Assembly: GCA_944389465.1 (NCBI GenBank)
Contig: CALXML010000006.1
Location: forward strand, 13-64,012
Length of the DNA stretch: 64,000 nt
Direction of reading: 5' to 3'
From: an uncultured Alphaproteobacteria bacterium
Lineage (GTDB): Bacteria; Pseudomonadota; Alphaproteobacteria; Rs-D84
The first letter of the stretch is position 1. Every line of letters begins with the position of its first letter. Positions 31,712-39,276 of the stretch are shown here, one piece after another. The translations under genes and the position numbers were made by a program. The notes below the pieces were generated by a model, which was given only the letters and a program-made list of their open reading frames with translations, did no database searches and was not told where the DNA came from.

Positions 31712-31787
31712 TCGGGCATAGTTCAGTCGGTAGAACAACGGACTGTTAATCCGTATGTCACTGGTTCGAGTCCAGTTGCCCGAGCCA
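31712..31787 (+). tRNA. tRNA-Asn (anticodon GUU)
   Basis: 76-nt cloverleaf folded by hand: TCGGGCA acceptor, anticodon loop CTGTTAA, ACTGG-TTCGAGT-CCAGT T-arm, encoded CCA. Confidence 0.9.
31743..31787 (+). repeat. attL: 45-bp direct repeat (3' half of tRNA-Asn)
   Basis: CTGTTAATCCGTATGTCACTGGTTCGAGTCCAGTTGCCCGAGCCA is identical to 43461-43505. Confidence 0.9.
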
Positions 31788-31795
31788 CGAATTCA

Positions 31796-31824
31796 GCGGG
31801 ATTCAGCAGATTCCCGCCTTTTTT
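31796..31824 (+). terminator. island-borne terminator for tRNA-Asn
   Basis: GCGGGA-N10-TCCCGC followed by CTTTTTT. Confidence 0.55.
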
Positions 31825-31833
31825 ATTCCCTGC

Positions 31834-31855
31834 TTTGGGACACATTTGGGACACA
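31834..31855 (+). promoter_or_regulatory. candidate integrase arm-type sites
   Basis: TTTGGGACACA occurs twice in tandem (31834-31844, 31845-31855). Related GTGTCCCA lies inverted at 31954-31961 and TGGGACGCA at 31971-31979. Confidence 0.4.
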
Positions 31856-32120
31856 CCAGATAAACGAATATAAAAACCCACAACACAATTCACATTAAAC
31901 CAGCGCACCAAACCATCGGATTTGTGGCAAGTTTTGTTTTCCATATCCCACCAGTGTCCCACGAACAAAATGGGACGCACAGGAACCCTTGAAATTCTGC
32001 TGGATTGACCTATGTTGACAAACGGATTGTGATTCTTATTGCCAAAAAAACAAGACGATATGAAGCAGAATAAACGACATTGTTTTGACCAGTTAGTCAA
32101 ACAACCAAAGGAACAGAAAA

Positions 32121-33194
32121 ATGGCAACAATTGAAAAACGACCATCAAAGAAAACCAACAAAGTTAGTTATCGTGCAAGGGTATGTGTATTTGGATATCC
32201 AAGGGCATCAAAAACATTTCCAACCAAGACCGCTGCTGAAACTTGGGCAAAAATGACCGAAGCCAGAATGTTGCAGGGTGCGAATCTTGCGGTTATAGAA
32301 GCACAAAGGCACACCGTGGCTGAATTGGTCGACTTGTATGAAAAACATTTGCAGGCCAACCCAAAGAAAGCGTCTGTTGACACCATCAGACATATCAGAA
32401 TGTGGAAAACAGTATTGGGCCAATATGCTTTATCCAGTTTGACCCCGTCCTTGCTGATTCAAGCACGCGACCAAATTTCAGAATCAAAAGATGCCCGATT
32501 GCAAAAGAAAAAAAGCAACGCAACCATTAACCGTTATATGGCCGCATTATCTGTTATGTTATCGTATGCTGTCCGTGAATTGGAATGGTTGGAAAACAAC
32601 CCTGTAACCAAGATATCCAAATTATCTGAACCACGTGGCCGTGTCCGTTATTTAAGCGATGAAGAACGTGAAAATTTGCTTGCTGAAACCAAGAAAGCCA
32701 ACAACCCTTATCTGCATCCTGCTGTGTTAATTGGCATAACCACTGGTGCCAGACGAATGGAAATAATGTCGTTAAAATGGCAAGACGTTGATTTGAATGC
32801 AGGTCGCGCAATATTACAAGATACCAAGAATGGTGAAAGACGTTATATGCCATTGGCTGGGCCTGCATTGGCAGAATTGCGTAAATTATATACCAACCGC
32901 AAACCAAACGACATTTATGTATTCCCAAGCCACGATGGCACCAAACCATTTGATATCCAGCGCAGTTGGTATAAAGCAATGGCAGATGCTGGTCTTGAAA
33001 ACTTTCATTTTCACGATTTGCGACACACTTGTGCATCATATTTGGCTATGAACGGTTATTCAATGGCCGAAATTGCCGCTATTTTGGGCCACAAGACCCT
33101 GCAAATGACTAAAAGGTATGCACACCTGTCCGATGAACATTCACAAACCATTGTGGAAACAATGGCCAATAAAATATTCGGGGAAACAGACTAA
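32121..33194 (+). CDS. int: tyrosine site-specific integrase
   Basis: Catalytic ARRMEI (R), HDLRHTCAS (HxxR), LGHKTLQMTKRYAH (H..Y); 357 aa; next to the tRNA. Confidence 0.9.
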   Translation: MATIEKRPSKKTNKVSYRARVCVFGYPRASKTFPTKTAAETWAKMTEARMLQGANLAVIEAQRHTVAELVDLYEKHLQANPKKASVDTIRHIRMWKTVLGQYALSSLTPSLLIQARDQISESKDARLQKKKSNATINRYMAALSVMLSYAVRELEWLENNPVTKISKLSEPRGRVRYLSDEERENLLAETKKANNPYLHPAVLIGITTGARRMEIMSLKWQDVDLNAGRAILQDTKNGERRYMPLAGPALAELRKLYTNRKPNDIYVFPSHDGTKPFDIQRSWYKAMADAGLENFHFHDLRHTCASYLAMNGYSMAEIAAILGHKTLQMTKRYAHLSDEHSQTIVETMANKIFGETD

Positions 33195-34060
33195 TGAAAT
33201 TCAAACCATTAACCAGAAAAGATTTTGCAGACACAACCAGTTATAACGCATTGATGCCAATTGCCACAGATATAGACCGTCAATTGCACAAAAAACTGCC
33301 AAAAAAACGCAGTTATGCGACAATTTTAAATGAACTTGGTGGTTATTTATTCCAAAATTTTGATTATTCCAACATAACCAAACCACAATTAACAGAATTA
33401 AACAGGTTGATTCAATTAGGCAAACAGATAATGGATACATATATTCCAGAACAAGAACAACCAAATATAAATTTGGCCACATTCCCTGTGTATTTATTCA
33501 GGGCCGTCCGTGAATTCAATGTACCCCACGTATCGCCAGAACGTTTAAAAATGGCGAGACGTAATGAAGATGCCAACCATTATGGCAGACAGTTAAAATA
33601 TGGCCCACGCGTTTTCCTGCATTCTGGTATTTGCCCCGATTATTTGCCCCGTCAGATTAAATCCCAAGCGCGTGACGCATTTAATAAAGAATATGGTGTA
33701 TATCCAGAAAACATCTTTATTGCCATAGTGTTTTACATAACACCTTATGTTCTTGGTATTAAACCAGCGCAGCCAGGTTGTGATGTCGGTTTGTTGCGAT
33801 TGGTATTAAACAATGTGAGTTCCACACTGCATAACAAACAATGCGGCACAGCCCAAAAGAAATCGTGGAAAAATTATGCTGATGGGCTTTTTGAATTCTT
33901 TGAAAAGTGTATGCTATCTGGCAAATATCGTGGGCAATCCGCCCTTGAAATTAAATTGAGCATTCGGGCATCGCATAAATTGCGTGACGATATGGTTTCA
34001 CGGTTCAACAAAAAATACAATTTGAAGCGCATAACTGATTTTTACAAACCTAAAAATTAA
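33194..34060 (+). CDS. hypothetical island protein (288 aa)
   Basis: Start overlaps the int stop (ATGA). No family recognised. Confidence 0.5.
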   Translation: MKFKPLTRKDFADTTSYNALMPIATDIDRQLHKKLPKKRSYATILNELGGYLFQNFDYSNITKPQLTELNRLIQLGKQIMDTYIPEQEQPNINLATFPVYLFRAVREFNVPHVSPERLKMARRNEDANHYGRQLKYGPRVFLHSGICPDYLPRQIKSQARDAFNKEYGVYPENIFIAIVFYITPYVLGIKPAQPGCDVGLLRLVLNNVSSTLHNKQCGTAQKKSWKNYADGLFEFFEKCMLSGKYRGQSALEIKLSIRASHKLRDDMVSRFNKKYNLKRITDFYKPKN

Positions 34061-34214
34061 CCTGTATTTTTATTCAAAACCCCTGATTCTTGCGCCACAC
34101 AAAAGCCAAAACCTGCTTTGGCTCGGCGGGGACGATATTATTCTTGTTATCACTTATATTCCTAGTAACAGATGATAAAAATCTGCAAAACCAATTAACA
34201 CAAGGAGTAAAGTT

Positions 34215-34442
34215 ATGGTTGATAATAATCTGTTACAAACACCGCAACAATTCGTTGCGAATAACCCTGCCTTCAAAATGGGCGGATTGCGTAATCTTCT
34301 GTTTTTCAGAAACACGAATGGTTTGGTATCCAGTGGTGCCGTGTGCAACATTGGCCGCAAACTGCTAATCAACGTTCCCAAGTTTTTGGCTTGGTTGGAA
34401 TCAAATCCACAACCAAAGGGGGTGAACAATGATAAACAATAA
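34215..34442 (+). CDS. small excisionase/AlpA-like DNA-binding protein
   Basis: 75 aa, strong RBS AAGGAG, island position and size fit Xis. HTH-like GGLRNLLFFRNTNGL..KLLINVPKFLAWL. Confidence 0.4.
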   Translation: MVDNNLLQTPQQFVANNPAFKMGGLRNLLFFRNTNGLVSSGAVCNIGRKLLINVPKFLAWLESNPQPKGVNNDKQ

Positions 34443-34588
34443 ATGGGGCGCCATCGCATTAACGAATGGCACCGATATACACGATGTTAATTATAGTGTT
34501 TATCCCCTAAAAAAACAACAAAAAACAACCCCTGTGCAGTTGTATTTCACCCAAAGATTTCTTTGGCTTCCAACCAAAGGCGGGACAA

Positions 34589-35137
34589 ATGAGTAAAACT
34601 GCTGCAAATATGAACAACAAAACCAAATTCAAGAAGATTAAAGGCGGTTTTGTGATATTCCGTTGGGACGTTATAGATTCACCCGCATTTGCTGATTTGT
34701 CGGGCCGTGCAATAATTGTGTTTGTTTTTCTAAAACGCGAATTCAACGGCAGTAACAATGGTGAAATCCTAATGTCGTGCCGAATGATTAGCAAAAGAAC
34801 ACGAATGTCACGCGCAACAGTAAGTCGTGCATTCGTAGAATTGCAGGTTCACGGTTTTATCAGGATAACCAGACCAGGGTTATATGCTGGTCACACCGCA
34901 ACAACGTGGGAATTAACCGACACATATAACCGTATGACCTTATGTGAAGCCAAAGATTTATGGAAGCGATGGGAACCTGGTATAGATTGCAGGACATTAG
35001 ACCCCGATTATTGCGGTATGGAACCATTAGATGCAATTCAAAATAAAGTCCCACCTATGCAACCAAATGGCAACGACGTGAATCCAACACGCGCTGAACT
35101 GGTTTCACAATCTGACATAGGTGTTTCACAGGTGTGA
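34589..35137 (+). CDS. hypothetical winged-helix-like DNA-binding protein
   Basis: 182 aa. The segment ISKRTRMSRATVSRAFVELQVHGFIRI resembles an HTH. Confidence 0.4.
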   Translation: MSKTAANMNNKTKFKKIKGGFVIFRWDVIDSPAFADLSGRAIIVFVFLKREFNGSNNGEILMSCRMISKRTRMSRATVSRAFVELQVHGFIRITRPGLYAGHTATTWELTDTYNRMTLCEAKDLWKRWEPGIDCRTLDPDYCGMEPLDAIQNKVPPMQPNGNDVNPTRAELVSQSDIGVSQV

Positions 35138-35396
35138 TGATGGCGATGATGTTGGGTGTATTTCTGGTTTCACAAATGGGACATACTATATATAATATAC
35201 CATATAGGGGGCGACAGCCCCCGTCTATCTGCACCTATAAACAACACTTCATCATTCCCCATTATATTCCCCCCCACTATCAGCCCAATACCCCCACCCC
35301 TGTGTTCATTCATCACAGCCCCCCACCACCCCATTTTCGGGTTGCCTTTATTCCCAAAATTGCTGTAAAATATCCGCAGGAAACAAAAGGAAAAAT

Positions 35397-36971
35397 ATGT
35401 CAAAAGAACAAGAACGCGCCGAATTGCACCGTATTATCTGGAAAATAGCCAATGACCTGCGTGGTTCAGTGGACGGGTGGGACTTTAAATCATATGTTTT
35501 GGGTATGTTATTTTATCGTTACATATCTGAAAGAATTGCCACAGACGTGGATAAAGTTGAACATAAAGCAGGAAACACGCAATTCAGTTATGCAAAAATT
35601 TCAGATGCGGATGCAGAGAATGGACGTGCAGATATTGTGGACACATATGGTTTCTTTATTGCACCGTCTGAATTATTCGTGAATGTTCAAAAACGTGCCA
35701 GTACAGACGATAAATTAAATGAAACATTGGCCGCAGTATTCAAACACATTGAAAATTCGGCAATTGGCACCGAAAGCGAAAACGATTTCAAGGGCCTGTT
35801 TGATGACATAGACGTTAATTCTAACAAATTGGGTGCCACGGTTATTGAACGTAACAAGAAACTGGTCAAGATATTGGATGCAATTGCTGATTTGAACCTT
35901 GGTGAAATTCAAGACAGCACCATTGACGCGTTTGGGGACGCATATGAATATTTAATGACAATGTATGCGTCCAATGCTGGTAAATCAGGCGGTGAATTCT
36001 TCACCCCACAAGAAGTATCCAAATTATTGGCAAAAATCACCTTGGTTGACCGTAATCAACCAAATAATATGAAAACCGAAGTGAACAAGGTTTATGACCC
36101 TGCGTGCGGTTCTGGTTCGTTATTGTTGCAATTTGCCAAGGTTCTGGGTCGTGATGCTGTTCACCAAGGGTTCTTTGGCCAAGAAATCAACATAACAACA
36201 TATAACCTGTGCCGTATAAATATGTTCCTGCACGGTATCAATTATTCCAAGTTTGATATTGCCCACGGGGACACATTATTGAACCCCCAACATTGGGATG
36301 ATGAACCATTTGAAGCCATCGTGTCCAACCCACCATACAGCACAAAATGGGAGGGTGATTCAAACCCATTGTTAATAAACGACCCACGTTTTTCACCCGC
36401 TGGGGTTTTGGCACCGAAAAGTGCGGCGGATTTGGCATTCACAATGCATATGTTATCTTGGTTATCAACCGATGGCACTGCGGCAATTGTTGAATTCCCT
36501 GGGGTGTTATATCGTGGTGGCGCAGAAAAGAAAATCCGCCAGTATTTGGTTGATAATAACTTCGTTGATTGCGTTATTCAATTGCCACAAAACCTGTTCT
36601 TTGGGGTAAGTATCGCAACCTGCATCATTGTGTTAAAGAAAAGCAAGAACGATAACCACGTCCTGTTTATTGATGGCAGCGAACAATTCATCCATTCGGG
36701 CAATAAAAACAAATTATCGGACAAAAACATTGAAACATTGCTGAACGCATATATCAAACGTGAAAACGTGGAACATTTCTGCAAATTGGTAAAGAAAGAC
36801 GATATTGCCGAAAATGATTATAATTTATCGGTATCCAGTTATGTAGAAACCAAAGACACACGTGAAGTTGTTGACATAACAGAATTGAACCAGCGCATCA
36901 CAGGTATCGTTGCACGCCAAAACGAACTTCGCACCAAAATTGATGCCATTGTGAAAGATTTAGAGGGCTAA
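35397..36971 (+). CDS. hsdM: type I restriction-modification methyltransferase subunit M
   Basis: HsdM N-terminal domain (IWKIANDLRG), motif I VYDPACGSGSLL, motif IV NPPYS. Confidence 0.9.
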   Translation: MSKEQERAELHRIIWKIANDLRGSVDGWDFKSYVLGMLFYRYISERIATDVDKVEHKAGNTQFSYAKISDADAENGRADIVDTYGFFIAPSELFVNVQKRASTDDKLNETLAAVFKHIENSAIGTESENDFKGLFDDIDVNSNKLGATVIERNKKLVKILDAIADLNLGEIQDSTIDAFGDAYEYLMTMYASNAGKSGGEFFTPQEVSKLLAKITLVDRNQPNNMKTEVNKVYDPACGSGSLLLQFAKVLGRDAVHQGFFGQEINITTYNLCRINMFLHGINYSKFDIAHGDTLLNPQHWDDEPFEAIVSNPPYSTKWEGDSNPLLINDPRFSPAGVLAPKSAADLAFTMHMLSWLSTDGTAAIVEFPGVLYRGGAEKKIRQYLVDNNFVDCVIQLPQNLFFGVSIATCIIVLKKSKNDNHVLFIDGSEQFIHSGNKNKLSDKNIETLLNAYIKRENVEHFCKLVKKDDIAENDYNLSVSSYVETKDTREVVDITELNQRITGIVARQNELRTKIDAIVKDLEG

Positions 36972-36973
36972 TA

Positions 36974-37771
36974 ATGCGTTTAGCAGAAGTGCTATCTTCG
37001 CCACAAACTAATACCTTTGTGCAAGTAGATTCTTTTTTGGACCGAAAACTTGCCCCTGGCAGACAAAAACGTGTTGATATCGGCAGAATCCGTTCAACAT
37101 ATTTTTGTAATCACTGTAATGATTTGATGACTTTTGCCACTCGAGAAAATGGGAAATTATATTGCGTTGGTGTATCTGATACACAGGTAAGCATTGATTG
37201 CGTATTGGAATGTGCAATATGCAAAACACCCGTAAAAAAATGGTTTTTAATAGAGAGCAAAGACAAAATATATTATCCGGCCCCCGAAGTACATATATTA
37301 AAGCAATCAGAACATTTGTCTGACGATGTAATGCTAGAAAACAGATGCCCTGTGTCAATTGGTGTATTATTGGATAAAGCACAACACGCATACTATGAAA
37401 AACTTGGTGCTGGTGCAGCGATTTATTTAAGAAAAATTTATGAACAAATTACAGTTAAAGCCGCAGAAGCAAAAAATATTCCAACAAAAAATGCTAACGG
37501 ACATAGAAAAAAATTTGCTGAATTATTGAAAAATGTAGATGTTATTGCACATATTGTACCACACGAGTTTTCTGCAAATGGCTATAGATTGTTTGGCGAA
37601 TTAAGCGATATTTTGCACAATGATTATGACGAATGTATTGCATTGGAAAAATATAACGATTTGCGTAGATTAATATGTGGCATTTTAGATAACATAAAAA
37701 ACAATGAAGAAATGTTGAAATCCCTTGAACGATTGGGGTGGAACGAGGAGGATAACAATGTCCAGGATTGA
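36974..37771 (+). CDS. DUF4145-like protein embedded in the R-M operon, with N-terminal Cys4 module
   Basis: C-terminal half (LDKAQHAYYEKLGAGAAIYLRKIYEQI...LFGELSDILHN) resembles DUF4145 as I recall it from type I R-M loci. N-terminal CNHC...CAIC pairs suggest a zinc ribbon. Confidence 0.5.
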   Translation: MRLAEVLSSPQTNTFVQVDSFLDRKLAPGRQKRVDIGRIRSTYFCNHCNDLMTFATRENGKLYCVGVSDTQVSIDCVLECAICKTPVKKWFLIESKDKIYYPAPEVHILKQSEHLSDDVMLENRCPVSIGVLLDKAQHAYYEKLGAGAAIYLRKIYEQITVKAAEAKNIPTKNANGHRKKFAELLKNVDVIAHIVPHEFSANGYRLFGELSDILHNDYDECIALEKYNDLRRLICGILDNIKNNEEMLKSLERLGWNEEDNNVQD

Positions 37772-38426
37772 TGAACTTATTGCCAAATATTGCCCGAATG
37801 GTGTTAACCATAAAGAATTGTGGAAATTAACAACCTGGGATAAAAAATTCAACGGTGTTGATAAATCAATGCAACCAAAGGTTATAAAATATCCATATTT
37901 GTTAGCAGCAGATATGAATACATTGGAAACCGAACAAGGCAACGTCAGGTTATTGGCAACAGGTATAGGTGCAGAAAAATATACAACAGAAAAATTAGCG
38001 GGCAGTAACTTATGCGAGGGAGAAATTGTTGCAATCCCCTGGGGTGGAACACCGAATGTAAAATATTATAAAGGAAAGTTTGTCACAGCAGATAACAGAA
38101 TAGCAACCTCCAATGATACAACAATATTAAACAATAAGTTTTTATATTATTATCTTTGTGCAAATTTGGATTTGATAACTTCTTTTTATAGGGGCGCAGG
38201 GATACAACATCCACATATGAAATCCGTGCTAACAATGAAAATCCCTGTTCCGCCACTGGCTGTGCAGGAAGAGATTGTTAATATACTAGATTCTTTCACA
38301 TTATTGGAAGCGGAGCTGGAAGCGGAGCTGGTGGCCAGAAAAAAGCAATATGAACATTATCGTGATAAGTTATTGAATTTTGCTGATATTTCACAGGGGG
38401 GGGGTAAGGACGATGGCACTTTGTGA
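37758..38426 (+). CDS. hsdS: type I R-M specificity subunit, N-terminal half (TRD1 + central conserved region), truncated after a G9 tract
   Basis: MSRIDELIAKYCPNGV start, conserved helix PPLAVQEEIVNILDSF..LEAELEAELVARKKQYEHYRDKLLNF. The frame ends 22 nt after the homopolymer. Confidence 0.85.
   Translation: MSRIDELIAKYCPNGVNHKELWKLTTWDKKFNGVDKSMQPKVIKYPYLLAADMNTLETEQGNVRLLATGIGAEKYTTEKLAGSNLCEGEIVAIPWGGTPNVKYYKGKFVTADNRIATSNDTTILNNKFLYYYLCANLDLITSFYRGAGIQHPHMKSVLTMKIPVPPLAVQEEIVNILDSFTLLEAELEAELVARKKQYEHYRDKLLNFADISQGGGKDDGTL
38307..38330 (+). repeat. perfect 12-bp tandem duplication GAAGCGGAGCTG x2 (EAEL-EAEL) in the hsdS central helix
   Basis: 38307-18 and 38319-30 are identical. Confidence 0.9.
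38396..38404 (+). repeat. G9 homopolymer at the hsdS half-junction
   Basis: Nine consecutive G counted directly. It separates frame 0 (37758-38426) from frame +1 (38380-38949). Confidence 0.95.
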
Positions 38427-38949
38427 AATAGCAAAAATTACAATTGGAGAATTTGTTCATAAAAACAATCAAACATCAGATGGCTTGTATCCTGTTTATA
38501 ACGGTGGAACCAGCAACACAGGTTTTTATAATGAATATAATCACACAAGCAACAATATTATAATAAGTGCAAGGGGAGCAAATGCTGGGTTTGTAAATAG
38601 GGTTTTTGTAAATTATTGGGCAGGAAATAGTTGTTATAGTGTTGATGTGATAGACAGAGAAAACATCAATTGGACGTATATTTATTATGTATTAAAAAAC
38701 AATCAACAAAAACTTATTGGTGAACAACAAACAGGTAGCATCCCTGCTATTTCAAAAAAACAGGTGGAAAATTTTAGAGTTCCTATTCCATCACTTGCTG
38801 AACAGGAACGTATTGTTTCCATATTGGATAAATTTGATGCGTTGGTGAATGATATATCTGATGGTTTGCCTGCGGAAATAAATGCACGTCGCCAACAGTA
38901 TGAGTATTATAGGGATAAATTATTGAACTTTGAACCAATTGCTGCATAA
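38413..38949 (+). CDS. hsdS: type I R-M specificity subunit, C-terminal half (TRD2 + distal conserved region)
   Basis: ATG at 38413 follows TAAGGA. Ends with PSLAEQERIVSILDKFDALV...RRQQYEYYRDKLLNF, parallel to the end of the first half. Confidence 0.8.
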   Translation: MALCEIAKITIGEFVHKNNQTSDGLYPVYNGGTSNTGFYNEYNHTSNNIIISARGANAGFVNRVFVNYWAGNSCYSVDVIDRENINWTYIYYVLKNNQQKLIGEQQTGSIPAISKKQVENFRVPIPSLAEQERIVSILDKFDALVNDISDGLPAEINARRQQYEYYRDKLLNFEPIAA

Positions 38950-38960
38950 AGGAGAAAAAA

Positions 38961-39245
38961 ATGGTCAAAACAAACAAAAAATGGTCTATGAATAAAATAT
39001 TGGTAACAGCATTGTTATCATTGTGTGTTGTTTATACTGGTGTTGGTTTGATAAATCAAGCAATTAAACCAGCACACGCATTTGATAGTTGGGATTTAAA
39101 AAATGCCATAGAAGATGTCGTGTCAGATAAAATATCCGCATATGATTATGATTTTAAATCCGCCGTAAGACGTGTTGTTAATAATAATTGTTCAGTATCG
39201 TGTTATGAATCTTATGGAAGTGTTAGTTGCAGTATAGATTGCTAA
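38961..39245 (+). CDS. small exported/membrane protein (94 aa) inserted between hsdS and hsdR
   Basis: RBS AAGGAGA, N-terminal hydrophobic segment, C-terminal CSVSCYESYGSVSCSIDC. Confidence 0.5.
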   Translation: MVKTNKKWSMNKILVTALLSLCVVYTGVGLINQAIKPAHAFDSWDLKNAIEDVVSDKISAYDYDFKSAVRRVVNNNCSVSCYESYGSVSCSIDC

Positions 39246-39268
39246 ACTTTGAACCAATGGCTGCATAA
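39245..39268 (+). repeat. duplicated hsdS 3' end
   Basis: AACTTTGAACCAATGGCTGCATAA versus 38926-38949 AACTTTGAACCAATTGCTGCATAA (1 mismatch). Confidence 0.85.
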
Positions 39269-39276
39269 CAAAAGGA

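Noticed and set aside
34090-34459. ORFs 34090-34368 (+) and 34154-34459 (-) overlapping the Xis-like gene
   Set aside because: They lack RBS. The 75-aa frame at 34215 has a strong AAGGAG and a plausible HTH.
35134-35448. 104-aa ORF (and overlapping 70/77-aa ORFs) upstream of hsdM
   Set aside because: Pro/His-rich translation of a C-tract-rich intergenic region, with no RBS, overlapping the hsdM start.
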